NCBI GenBank assembly: GCA_043826565.1 | Contig: JBDRPX010000019.1 | Coordinates: 5,369-69,368, forward strand | Direction of reading: 5' to 3' | DNA: 64,000 bases | From: Candidatus Omnitrophota bacterium | Lineage (GTDB): Bacteria > Omnitrophota > Gorgyraeia > B26-G9 | In this document: positions 56,505-64,000 of the stretch, in pieces | How the letters are laid out: each line of letters opens with the position of its first letter | How positions within the stretch are numbered: position 1 is the first letter of the stretch | Program-made: the position numbers and the translations under genes | The notes under the pieces: model-generated | What the model was told of the DNA's origin: nothing | Database searches by the model: none | The model's input: only the letters and a program-made list of their open reading frames with translations

Positions 56505-57173
56505 CTATTTCATTTCACTGCTTTTGGGTGTAAGCCTGTCTGCACCTGGTTTTTGTTTAATGATCTTTTCCGGCAAGATCGTAATTTCTACACGCCTGTT
56601 TTGCTGACGGCCTTCCGCAGTATCATTGGACGCAACAGGGTGGTACTCGCCGTATCCTACAGCAGATAACCGCCGAGGATCTGTTCCTTTGTTATCAACC
56701 AGGTAATGCAGTACGCTTGTGGCCCGTGTGGTGGAAAGTTCCCAGTTGGATTTCCAATTAGAACGAGTGATCGGTTGATCATCGGTGTGCCCTTCAATAG
56801 CTATATCGCGGTCTACAACTTGATTATTTAATACCGAAGCTACGCGGTCTAAGACAGAAAAAGCTTTGTCTTTCAAAACTGCTTTCCCGGAATCAAAAAG
56901 AACTTCCGCAACAAAGGTGATCACCAGCCCCCGGTTAAGCATTTCCACGCGGATATCTTTTTCTTCAATTTCTTTTTGAAGCTGCAGCTCGAGTTCTTTC
57001 TTTGCGCGCAATAATTCTTCGCGTGCTCTTTGTTCTGCTTCTAATCTAGTGCTAAGGTCATCAATTTGGTCTAGATCTTTAGGACTTCTTTTTTGCAGAA
57101 TTATCGAACATCCGCAAAGTCCTATAATTACCGGAATAACAACTAAAAATTTTAATTTACCGAACATAGGCAC
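56505..57173 (-). CDS. OmpA/MotB-family peptidoglycan-associated (lipo)protein with a coiled-coil linker
   Basis: N-terminal 'VIIGLCGCS' signal/lipobox-like segment. Coiled coil. C-terminal OmpA-like domain 'IEGHTDDQPI...NWELSTTRA...NRRVEI'. Confidence 0.7.
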   Translation of the reverse strand: MPMFGKLKFLVVIPVIIGLCGCSIILQKRSPKDLDQIDDLSTRLEAEQRAREELLRAKKELELQLQKEIEEKDIRVEMLNRGLVITFVAEVLFDSGKAVLKDKAFSVLDRVASVLNNQVVDRDIAIEGHTDDQPITRSNWKSNWELSTTRATSVLHYLVDNKGTDPRRLSAVGYGEYHPVASNDTAEGRQQNRRVEITILPEKIIKQKPGADRLTPKSSEMK

Positions 57174-57190
57174 CTCCTTAAGTAGGCTGT

Positions 57191-57682
57191 TTACTGATTT
57201 TTACCGGTATCTTTTGATACGAGAAGATACGGCTTTAATATTTCCCAGGTCTTTGGACCAACTACACCATCTATAGTTAATTCATTTACTCTCTGGAATT
57301 CGCGAATAGCCTTTTTTGTTTTATCGCCCAGTCTCCCGTCGATAGGACCGGGGCTTAATCCGGCCGCGCTTAAAGCTTTCTGGATATCCGCGGTACGGAC
57401 CTTCTTAGCTATATCCGCAGAATCTTTTCCTATTGTCGGCAGTACTTCTCTCGGAGATACCCCAACAGAAGGCTTGCGTCTCTGCTTTTTGTCAGAGAGT
57501 AGATCTATATCTTTCTCCGGCTTACTGATGATCTCAATTTCCGGAGAAACAAATTCTTTATGTCCTGTGTTCTTTTGAGTATTTGGACGTTTTCCCATTG
57601 CCATTGCCAAGGGGAGTGACGGCGGGTTTCCTATTGCTGTGTATAACAAAATTACTGCCAGAAAAAAAATAATTCTTTTCAA
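57191..57682 (-). CDS. secreted protein with a C-terminal peptidoglycan-binding (PG_binding_1) domain
   Basis: 'KALSAAGLSPGPIDGRLGDKTKKAIREFQRVNELTIDGVVGPKTWEIL'. Likely TTG start giving the signal peptide 'MKRIIFFLAVILLYTAIG'. Confidence 0.55.
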   Translation of the reverse strand: MKRIIFFLAVILLYTAIGNPPSLPLAMAMGKRPNTQKNTGHKEFVSPEIEIISKPEKDIDLLSDKKQRRKPSVGVSPREVLPTIGKDSADIAKKVRTADIQKALSAAGLSPGPIDGRLGDKTKKAIREFQRVNELTIDGVVGPKTWEILKPYLLVSKDTGKNQ

Positions 57683-57770
57683 TTTGAGGTACCCCTTATA
57701 TAATGAGCGATGAAAATCATCCCTAATATTACCATTTTTAGTTTTTAAAGTCAAGCCTCGACCTGTACCC

Positions 57771-57854
57771 CTAATTACCTCTGGTAGGCTTACTTCCGTG
57801 GTTAGCCTTCTTTGATTTCCATTTCAACTTGCCTTTTCTTGTTCTTTTGGCCAT
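57771..57854 (-). CDS. 27-aa highly basic peptide, ribosomal protein bTHX-like (not in the ORF track)
   Basis: 'MAKRTRKGKLKWKSKKANHGSKPTRGN' resembles the Thermus/Bacteroidetes THX pattern '..RRTRRGKIWRG..'. RBS 'gaggtga' 8 nt upstream. Confidence 0.4.
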   Translation of the reverse strand: MAKRTRKGKLKWKSKKANHGSKPTRGN

Positions 57855-57999
57855 GTTACTTTTCACCTCTTTTCGTGTGTAAAAATTGAAGCTTTTGCTA
57901 ACTGCTAACACTAATCTTTGTTGGATATTATACTATTTTGCCAAAAAATACGGTTTTGTCAATCCCTTTTATAAAACATCTGTTTTCGAGAATATTTAT

Positions 58000-59049
58000 C
58001 TATATTTTATTTTTTGTTTTTTTGTTCTGTTTTCTGTCCTCTGAATTCTGTCTTCTGTGTTTAACTGTAGCCTGGGCGGTAAGTTTATAGTTGGATTTTT
58101 TACCTTTTTTATATAGATGGTAACCTAAAACACCGATCATCGCGGCATTGTCTACGCAAAACTGAGGTTCGGCGAGCAAAACTTTGATATTTTCTTTTTT
58201 TGCCTGGGCCCAGAGAGTTTCTCTTAATAAATTATTGCAGGCTACGCCGCCGCCTACAGATAAGGTATTTACTTTGAGTTTTTTGCACGCGGCAATACTT
58301 TTTGATACCAGGGAATTGATTACTTCCTGTTGAAAAGAATAGGCTAGCTGAGCTTTTTCCTTGGGACTTTTAACTTTTAATTTTTGACTTTTATAGAGGA
58401 CATCTGTTTTAATCCCGCTGAAACTGAAATCAAGCGTATCTTTAAGCTGTGCGCAGTTTAATTTAAAAGGGGAATCACTTACCTGCCGGGACAATTTATC
58501 AATTGCCGGGCCGCCGGGATAACCCAGCCCTAATATTTTTGCGGCTTTATCAAAAGCTTCTCCGGCAGCGTCATCTCTGGTTCTGCCGACAAATTTTATT
58601 TTATCAAAATCACGCACATAAGCTAAGCTGGTATGTCCTCCGGATACAACCAGCCCGATAAACGGAAAAGTGAAGTTTTTCTCTTTTAGAAAAGGGGAGA
58701 ATAAGTGCGCGTTGATATGATTTACTCCGATCAAAGGGATCTTAGATGAAAAACTTAATGCCTTGGCAAAGGAAATCCCCACTAGTAGAGATCCGACTAA
58801 GCCGGGGGTATAGGTTACCGCAATCAGGCTGATATCGGAAATTTTTACTTTGGCTTTTTTTAACGCGGTTTTTACTACCGGCATTATATATTCTAAGTGA
58901 AACCGGGAAGCTATCTCCGGAACAATGCCGCCGAATTTGCTGTGCAGATGAACGCTGGAACTTACCGAAGAGGAAAGTACGGTATTTCCGTTTTCTATGA
59001 CCGCGGCAGCTGTTTCATCACATGAAGTTTCAATGCCTAAAGTTAACAT
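58000..59049 (-). CDS. tsaD: tRNA N6-adenosine threonylcarbamoyltransferase TsaD (Kae1/Gcp family) with a basic C-terminal tail
   Basis: 'LGIETSCDETAAAV' N-terminus and His-His metal site. C-terminal '...RRQNSEDRKQNKKTKNKI' is encoded by the CAGAAGACAGAA-type repeat. Confidence 0.85.
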   Translation of the reverse strand: MLTLGIETSCDETAAAVIENGNTVLSSSVSSSVHLHSKFGGIVPEIASRFHLEYIMPVVKTALKKAKVKISDISLIAVTYTPGLVGSLLVGISFAKALSFSSKIPLIGVNHINAHLFSPFLKEKNFTFPFIGLVVSGGHTSLAYVRDFDKIKFVGRTRDDAAGEAFDKAAKILGLGYPGGPAIDKLSRQVSDSPFKLNCAQLKDTLDFSFSGIKTDVLYKSQKLKVKSPKEKAQLAYSFQQEVINSLVSKSIAACKKLKVNTLSVGGGVACNNLLRETLWAQAKKENIKVLLAEPQFCVDNAAMIGVLGYHLYKKGKKSNYKLTAQATVKHRRQNSEDRKQNKKTKNKI

Positions 59050-59235
59050 ATTAATTCCTAAGCTAAGTTTACTTGTGTTAAAATTCATATTTTTCCACTC
59101 AGGCACAATTTTGCTTATCAGCCGCAAAAAATGGCTAAAAATAGTCTCCCGGCCTAGCGGGCTCGACGATTTTATTAACGCCATTTTTTACTAAAATTGT
59201 GAGTCGTTCCAAAATATGTATTTCAACACTCATTT

Positions 59236-60336
59236 TTAGTCTATGGTTTCTGATTTTTTGTTTGTTGTCTTCTTAAGGAGATCCGATACATACACGAATT
59301 CAATACCGTTCTGTTTAAAGCGCGGAATAACTTCGGCTAATACTTCCAGCGTGCTTTTTTTCGCGTGGCCGATAGCAATAGCTGAGCCGTGTTTTTCCGC
59401 GATATTTTTTGCTTTTTCCAATTCTTTTAAAATTAATTCCTTGTCGTTTTTATCATCTAAGAAAATATCACGTTTTAAAAAAGGGATGTTTATTCCCGCC
59501 GCGACTTTTTCTCCGACGGATTCTGTGCTGACATAACTGTCTAAAAAGAAAAGGCTGTGATTTTTTAGTTCCCGGAGGACTATTTTTAAAGTGGGCTCAT
59601 CGCCGGTTACTTTTGAACCCATATGATTGTTAACACCTTTTATGCCCGGCAGGCTTTTTATGGCCGCGCGCACAGTGTCAATAATTTGTTCTTCGGTCAT
59701 TGAAGTTAAAATTGTTGTTTTTTCTAAAGCGGCGCTGCTGTCATTAGGTTCTAAAGGCAGATGCAGCATATATTCATAGCCCTGTTCTTTTAATTTTTCC
59801 GCGATATTAGAAGAATATGTAAGATGAGGAAGTATGGAGCAGGTTATCGCCGTTTTTAAGGCAATAAATTCATCGAGAACAGCCATGCTGTATCCCCAGT
59901 CATCCAGGATAATCGCCAGCTTCGCTTTGGGTAATTTTTTCTTTAGGATCATTCTGTAGAGCATCAGTTTTTTGTAACTGAATTCCATGGACAGCCGGTG
60001 TTCGGTATTGTTTTTTTGGAATTCAATTTTACTGATCGGGAATTTTTTTAAAAAGTCACTTTCTGTAATATCTTTTTTGATTTCTTCTAAATCCTGTTCG
60101 GCCGGGACCTGGAATTCTTTTTCAACGAATTTTGTTTTGGCCAGAAATTTGCTGTTTTCCCGGGGAGTTTCGCGGGCTATATTTTCGGGTTTAATCCCAT
60201 CTTTCTCTAAAACCTCGCAAACCTTCTTTTCGCATTCTCCGGAAAGGGGAGAATAGTCCTTTTTGGTTAAAAGTACTATGGCGATTAAGATAATTAGTAA
60301 AGATATCCCGGCGTATTTTATTTTTGAATTATTCAT
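59236..60336 (-). CDS. divergent polysaccharide deacetylase family protein (YibQ-like)
   Basis: 'LAIILDDWGYS' and 'GVNNHMGS' motifs of the YibQ/DUF610 family. N-terminal TM anchor. Confidence 0.65.
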   Translation of the reverse strand: MNNSKIKYAGISLLIILIAIVLLTKKDYSPLSGECEKKVCEVLEKDGIKPENIARETPRENSKFLAKTKFVEKEFQVPAEQDLEEIKKDITESDFLKKFPISKIEFQKNNTEHRLSMEFSYKKLMLYRMILKKKLPKAKLAIILDDWGYSMAVLDEFIALKTAITCSILPHLTYSSNIAEKLKEQGYEYMLHLPLEPNDSSAALEKTTILTSMTEEQIIDTVRAAIKSLPGIKGVNNHMGSKVTGDEPTLKIVLRELKNHSLFFLDSYVSTESVGEKVAAGINIPFLKRDIFLDDKNDKELILKELEKAKNIAEKHGSAIAIGHAKKSTLEVLAEVIPRFKQNGIEFVYVSDLLKKTTNKKSETID

Positions 60337-60374
60337 TGTATTTATGGGGCGAGATTTTTAATCCGGCTTTGATC

Positions 60375-60486
60375 CCTTAATCTGTTTTTATCATTGCGCT
60401 TCACTTTGTTCGCGGAATGAATTAATTAGTACACATCATTGCGCTTCACTTTGTTCGCGGAATGAATTAATCTGTTTTTATCATTT
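60375..60486. repeat. tandem direct repeat (2 x 35 bp 'cattgcgcttcactttgttcgcggaatgaattaat', separated by 10 bp, flanked by 'taatctgtttttatcatt' on both sides)
   Basis: Read directly from the sequence. The distal flank encodes the last six residues and the stop codon of ctpA. Confidence 0.6.
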
Positions 60487-61798
60487 CACCGTAAATTTTT
60501 ATGCCGTGCATTAAATGCAGTGCCGCTCTCAGCTGGCTGTCATTTTCCAGCCATTCTCTTTGTTCTTTTTCCTTTAATTCTTTTTCTATTTCCTGCTCAT
60601 TTTTTCCCTGAGGGTTTTCCATATCCTTAAAAACATCTTTCTTTTCGTCTTTTTTTTCCTCAGCAGGTTTAGTCGCGATTTCCCGTTCGACAACAACATC
60701 AGGAATAATTCCGGCTTCATTAATTGTTCTGCCGGAAGGAGTGTAATACTTGGCGGTAGTTAAACGCAGCGCGGACCCGTCACGCAAAGGGATGACTGTC
60801 TGTACTGAGCCTTTACCGAATGATTTTGTACCGACAATAATACCTCTTTTATTGTCTTGTATCGCTCCGGCGACGATTTCGGAAGCGGAAGCGGAACCGC
60901 CGTTTATCAGCACAATAAGCGGAATATTTTTAAAGCCTGTTTTTCCTGTGGAATGATATTCTAAGTCATGCTCTTTATAGCGGCCTTTTGTGTAAACAAT
61001 AAGGTCTCCGGTCGGTAAAAATTCACTGGCTGCTTCCACAGAAGAGATCAGCAGTCCTCCGGGATTATTACGCAGATCAAAGATCAGGCTGTCCATACCT
61101 TGTTTTTCCAGCGTGGATAAAGCGGAGTCCAGATCGTGTTTTGTTTTTTCAGAAAAATCAACGAGTTTAATATAGCCGATATTGTTTTCGAGTATTTCCG
61201 CTTTACGTACAGCCTTGATGTTAATGACGGCCCGGATAATCGTAAAATCCTTTAGTTCTTCTTCATTTTCGCGTATTATCGTCAGTGTAACCGGAGTTCC
61301 CGGTTTACCGCGCATCTTTTTTACGGCTTCGCCAAGAGTAATATCCCGGGTAATTTCTCCGTCTATTTTTACAATTCGATCCATTGCTTCGAGCCCGGCT
61401 TCATCTGCCGGAGTTCCGTCGAGAGGAGTGATGATTGTTAAGAGGCTGTCTTTAAGGGTAATCTCAATGCCTAAACCCCCGAATTCTCCTTCGGTTTCCA
61501 CGCGGAGTTCATTATACATTTCCGGATCCATGAATTGGCTATAGGGATCAAGAGTGGAAAGCATGCCTTTTAAAGCTCCGTAAATAACATCTTTCGGAGT
61601 TACCAAATCCACATAATCATGCTGGATCGCGGTGATTACATCGGAGAAGAGCTCTATTTGACCGTATATTTCATCTTTAGCCGGATTCGTGCGTGCAAGC
61701 ACAGTGCTTTGGAATATTAAAACTAAAGATAAACACAAACAAACTAACAAAGAAAATTTTCTTGAAAACATTTTTACCCCCTTTAATGAGTGTTTCAC
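60467..61798 (-). CDS. ctpA: carboxyl-terminal processing protease (S41, PDZ-containing)
   Basis: Signal peptide. PDZ domain. 'GGSASASEIVAGAIQD' S41 active-site region and 'TAKYYTPSGR'. Confidence 0.8.
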   Translation of the reverse strand: MKHSLKGVKMFSRKFSLLVCLCLSLVLIFQSTVLARTNPAKDEIYGQIELFSDVITAIQHDYVDLVTPKDVIYGALKGMLSTLDPYSQFMDPEMYNELRVETEGEFGGLGIEITLKDSLLTIITPLDGTPADEAGLEAMDRIVKIDGEITRDITLGEAVKKMRGKPGTPVTLTIIRENEEELKDFTIIRAVINIKAVRKAEILENNIGYIKLVDFSEKTKHDLDSALSTLEKQGMDSLIFDLRNNPGGLLISSVEAASEFLPTGDLIVYTKGRYKEHDLEYHSTGKTGFKNIPLIVLINGGSASASEIVAGAIQDNKRGIIVGTKSFGKGSVQTVIPLRDGSALRLTTAKYYTPSGRTINEAGIIPDVVVEREIATKPAEEKKDEKKDVFKDMENPQGKNEQEIEKELKEKEQREWLENDSQLRAALHLMHGIKIYGEMIKTD

Positions 61799-61867
61799 TT
61801 ATGGAGCTTTTAGCGACATAAGTGAACAACGCGAATTAAACCTCGCCATTTTTTTGGCGGGTTAACA

Positions 61868-63301
61868 TTATTTACTTTCTACTTTTTTTGCAATAAGTTC
61901 ATTTACCATTTGAGGATTAGCCTGCCCGCGCGTTTTTTTCATTACCTGTCCCACCAAAAACATTAACGCTTTATCAGTTCCGTTTTTATAATCCTCAACA
62001 ACACTTGAGTTTTCTGTTATAACTTCCGCGATTACCGATTCTAATTGGCTTGTATCGGAGATCTGCATAAGGTTCTTTTCTTTAATCAATTGCGGCGCGG
62101 TTTTCTGCGTGGAGATCATTTCCGGTAAAATCTTCTTGGCAATTTTCCCGCTGACTGTTCCCGCGTCAATAAGCTCGAGCATATTAATCAGATTCTTAAC
62201 AGGTAATAATTCACCCAATCCTGAAGCATCGATCTGATTGGTGTTCATATAATTCATTATATCGCCCATAAGCCAATTAGCAATAGTTTTCGGTGATTTA
62301 TACTTTTGTGCGGCCGCCTCAAAATAAAGAGCTAAATGCTTGCTGCTGCTGATAACACTAGCATCATATTCGGTAATTTCAAATTCGGAAACCAGGCGTG
62401 CTTTTTTTGCCTCCGGGAGTTCCGGCAGATCTTTTTTTACGGCTGTAATAGTTTCGTTTGTGATCGTAAAAGGAACCAGGTCCGGTTCCGGGAAATACCG
62501 GTAGTCGTGAGCTTCTTCTTTGGTGCGCATAGAAAATGTTTTTTGTTTATGATCATCCCAAAGCCTTGTTTCCTGAACGATTGTTTCTCCGGAATTAAGT
62601 ACTCTTTCCTGGCGGATTATTTCATATTCTAAGGCATCGCGTACGCCTTTAAATGAATTCATGTTTTTAAGTTCGGTTTTAACGCCTAATTCTGTTTGTC
62701 CGTCCGGGCGCAGAGAAATATTCGCGTCACAGCGCAAACTTCCTTTTTCCATATCGCAGTCAGATACTTCACAATATTCAATAATACTTTTTAATTTAGT
62801 AAGATATTCATAAGCTTCTGCCGGCGAACTAATGTCCGGCTCAGTAACGATTTCCAAAAGCGGCATACCGGTCCGGTTTAAATCAACAAGGCTGGCAGTT
62901 TGGGTATGAATAAGTTTACCGGCATCTTCTTCCATGTGCGCGCGTTTTATCCGGATTTTCTTTTTCCCTTTATCTGTATCGATCTCAATGTATCCGTCTG
63001 CAGCCAAGGGAATGTCATATTGAGATATCTGATAGTTTTTCGGCAGATCCGGATAATAATAATGCTTTCTGTCGAATTTCATGTAATTGGCAACTTTGCA
63101 GTTTAAGGCCAAAGATGCGCGGATAGCATATTGCAAAAAAGTTTCATTTAAAACCGGCAGTACTCCGGGTAAACCCAGGCAGACCGGACAGGTTTGCGTG
63201 TTTGCCGGCTGGCCGAACTGCGTACTACAGCCGCAAAAGGCCTTAGTATTGGTCTTCATCTGTACGTGAACTTCTAATCCGATTACTGTTTCGTAAGTCA
63301 T
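61868..63301 (-). CDS. gatB: aspartyl/glutamyl-tRNA amidotransferase subunit B
   Basis: 'YETVIGLEVHVQMKTNTKAFCGCST' N-terminus and C-terminal GatB/YqeY domain. Start taken at the internal Met (MTYETVIG). Confidence 0.9.
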   Translation of the reverse strand: MTYETVIGLEVHVQMKTNTKAFCGCSTQFGQPANTQTCPVCLGLPGVLPVLNETFLQYAIRASLALNCKVANYMKFDRKHYYYPDLPKNYQISQYDIPLAADGYIEIDTDKGKKKIRIKRAHMEEDAGKLIHTQTASLVDLNRTGMPLLEIVTEPDISSPAEAYEYLTKLKSIIEYCEVSDCDMEKGSLRCDANISLRPDGQTELGVKTELKNMNSFKGVRDALEYEIIRQERVLNSGETIVQETRLWDDHKQKTFSMRTKEEAHDYRYFPEPDLVPFTITNETITAVKKDLPELPEAKKARLVSEFEITEYDASVISSSKHLALYFEAAAQKYKSPKTIANWLMGDIMNYMNTNQIDASGLGELLPVKNLINMLELIDAGTVSGKIAKKILPEMISTQKTAPQLIKEKNLMQISDTSQLESVIAEVITENSSVVEDYKNGTDKALMFLVGQVMKKTRGQANPQMVNELIAKKVESK

Positions 63302-63330
63302 ATGTGTCCTATAATAAATATGTGTTAATT

Positions 63331-63466
63331 TTTGATATCGCAAAAACATGTCTTTTCACTAAGTCCGCTGCGTCATCCATGACTTGCGGCCGCGCGTTGA
63401 ATCTATTTTTGCATCGTGCAAAAATTACGATTCAAAGCGCCGCTCAAAGAAAATTTTTGCGCTATC
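63331..63466. ncRNA. candidate structured RNA / repeat element, copy 2 (homologous to 4082-4218)
   Basis: See copy 1. Located in the 200-bp gatA-gatB intergenic gap, 30 nt from the gatB start. Confidence 0.4.
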
Positions 63467-63508
63467 TTTTGTTTTTGATTTTTCTCTCTACTTGCTACTT
63501 GTGTCTTG

Positions 63509-64000
63509 CTACTCGCAGACCTGTGGTCTGCGTTGATGCCAATCTGTATTCTGCTGATAAGCGTACGCAACATTAAATAACATTTGTTCATCGAACGGCT
63601 TGCCTAAAAGCTGTAAACCGATCGGTAAATTTTCTTTGGTAAATCCGCAGGGGATAGATAAAGCCGGAATGCCGGCTAAGTTAGCCGAAATCGTAAAGAT
63701 ATCGGATAAATACATTGCCAGCGGATCATTTATTTTTTCTCCGATCTTAAACGCTCCGGTAGGGGAGGTCGGAGTAATAATACAATCGAATTTTTTAAAC
63801 GCGTTTTTAAAATCCTCGGATATTTTAGCGCGTACTTTTAAGGCCTTAAGATAATAAGCATCATAATAGCCGCTCGATAAAGCGTATGTTCCCAGAATAA
63901 CGCGGCGGACCGCTTCCTGTCCGAATCCTTCACCGCGTGTTTTCATATACATATCAATGAGCGCGCTATCTTCAGAAGGCTCTTTATCTTTTGTGCGGTG
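63509..64000 (-). CDS. gatA: glutamyl-tRNA(Gln) amidotransferase subunit A, C-terminal part (gene runs off the window edge)
   Basis: Amidase-signature C-terminal region '...[17 protein letters not shown]...[15 protein letters not shown]'. Reading frame is open to position 64000. Confidence 0.85.
   Translation of the reverse strand, partial: HRTKDKEPSEDSALIDMYMKTRGEGFGQEAVRRVILGTYALSSGYYDAYYLKALKVRAKISEDFKNAFKKFDCIITPTSPTGAFKIGEKINDPLAMYLSDIFTISANLAGIPALSIPCGFTKENLPIGLQLLGKPFDEQMLFNVAYAYQQNTDWHQRRPQVCE

Noticed and set aside
60375-60486. Possible CRISPR array
   Set aside because: Only two 35-bp repeats with a 10-bp spacer and no cas genes. It is a local tandem duplication, not a CRISPR array.

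Overview
This 64 kb window is a chromosomal segment of an AT-rich Gram-negative bacterium, probably an uncultured lineage. It carries Kdo transferase, a TonB-dependent receptor, outer-membrane β-barrel proteins ending in Phe/Trp, an OmpA-family lipoprotein and Tat genes. Gene density is high, almost entirely on the + strand up to about 56 kb, then a minus-strand block.

Housekeeping content: LeuA/CimA (5'-partial), aroE, a prepilin peptidase, aroC, an M48 protease, a CDF transporter, era, topA, xerC/D, waaA, rlmN, recJ, yggT, trkH, rlmI, tsaD, ctpA, gatB and gatA (partial), tatA-tatC-tatA, and a heme cluster (hemB, radical-SAM AhbC/D-like, AhbA/AhbB siroheme decarboxylase, hemL) that indicates the siroheme-dependent alternative heme pathway. 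A compact chemotaxis operon (cheW-cheY-cheC-cheD-cheB-cheA-cheC/X) has no cheR or MCP in the window and is followed by an unusually long FtsA-like actin-fold protein.

The most striking content is three very large proteins, each with an N-terminal signal/anchor peptide followed by a Cys-containing motif ('GCLSP' in two of them). Together they encode fructose-1,6-bisphosphatase (class 3), a phosphohexomutase + glucose-6-P isomerase fusion, and a 1575-aa UDP-sugar 4-epimerase + eukaryotic-type UDP-sugar pyrophosphorylase (UAP1/AGX-like) + β-helix + HAD fusion. That is a complete fructose-1,6-bisphosphate to UDP-hexose (epimerised) route carried on exported or membrane-tethered megaproteins.

The intergenic DNA is unusually structured. 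Two ~136-nt homologous GC-rich elements carry compensatory base changes, which makes them candidate structured RNAs. There are further GC-rich islands with nested hairpins, one bounded by 14-bp terminal inverted repeats. A ~150-bp element occurs twice, immediately upstream of start codons. Several dispersed families of A-rich heptamer arrays ('TCAAAA') are arranged as long inverted pairs. A 'CAGAAGACAGAA' repeat family at gene 3' ends encodes the C-terminal tail of TsaD in one copy. A lysine-2,3-aminomutase (KamA) gene is translationally coupled to a D-Ala-D-Ala-ligase-like ATP-grasp gene, suggesting a β-lysine ligation pathway. No CRISPR arrays, rRNA or tRNA genes were detected.
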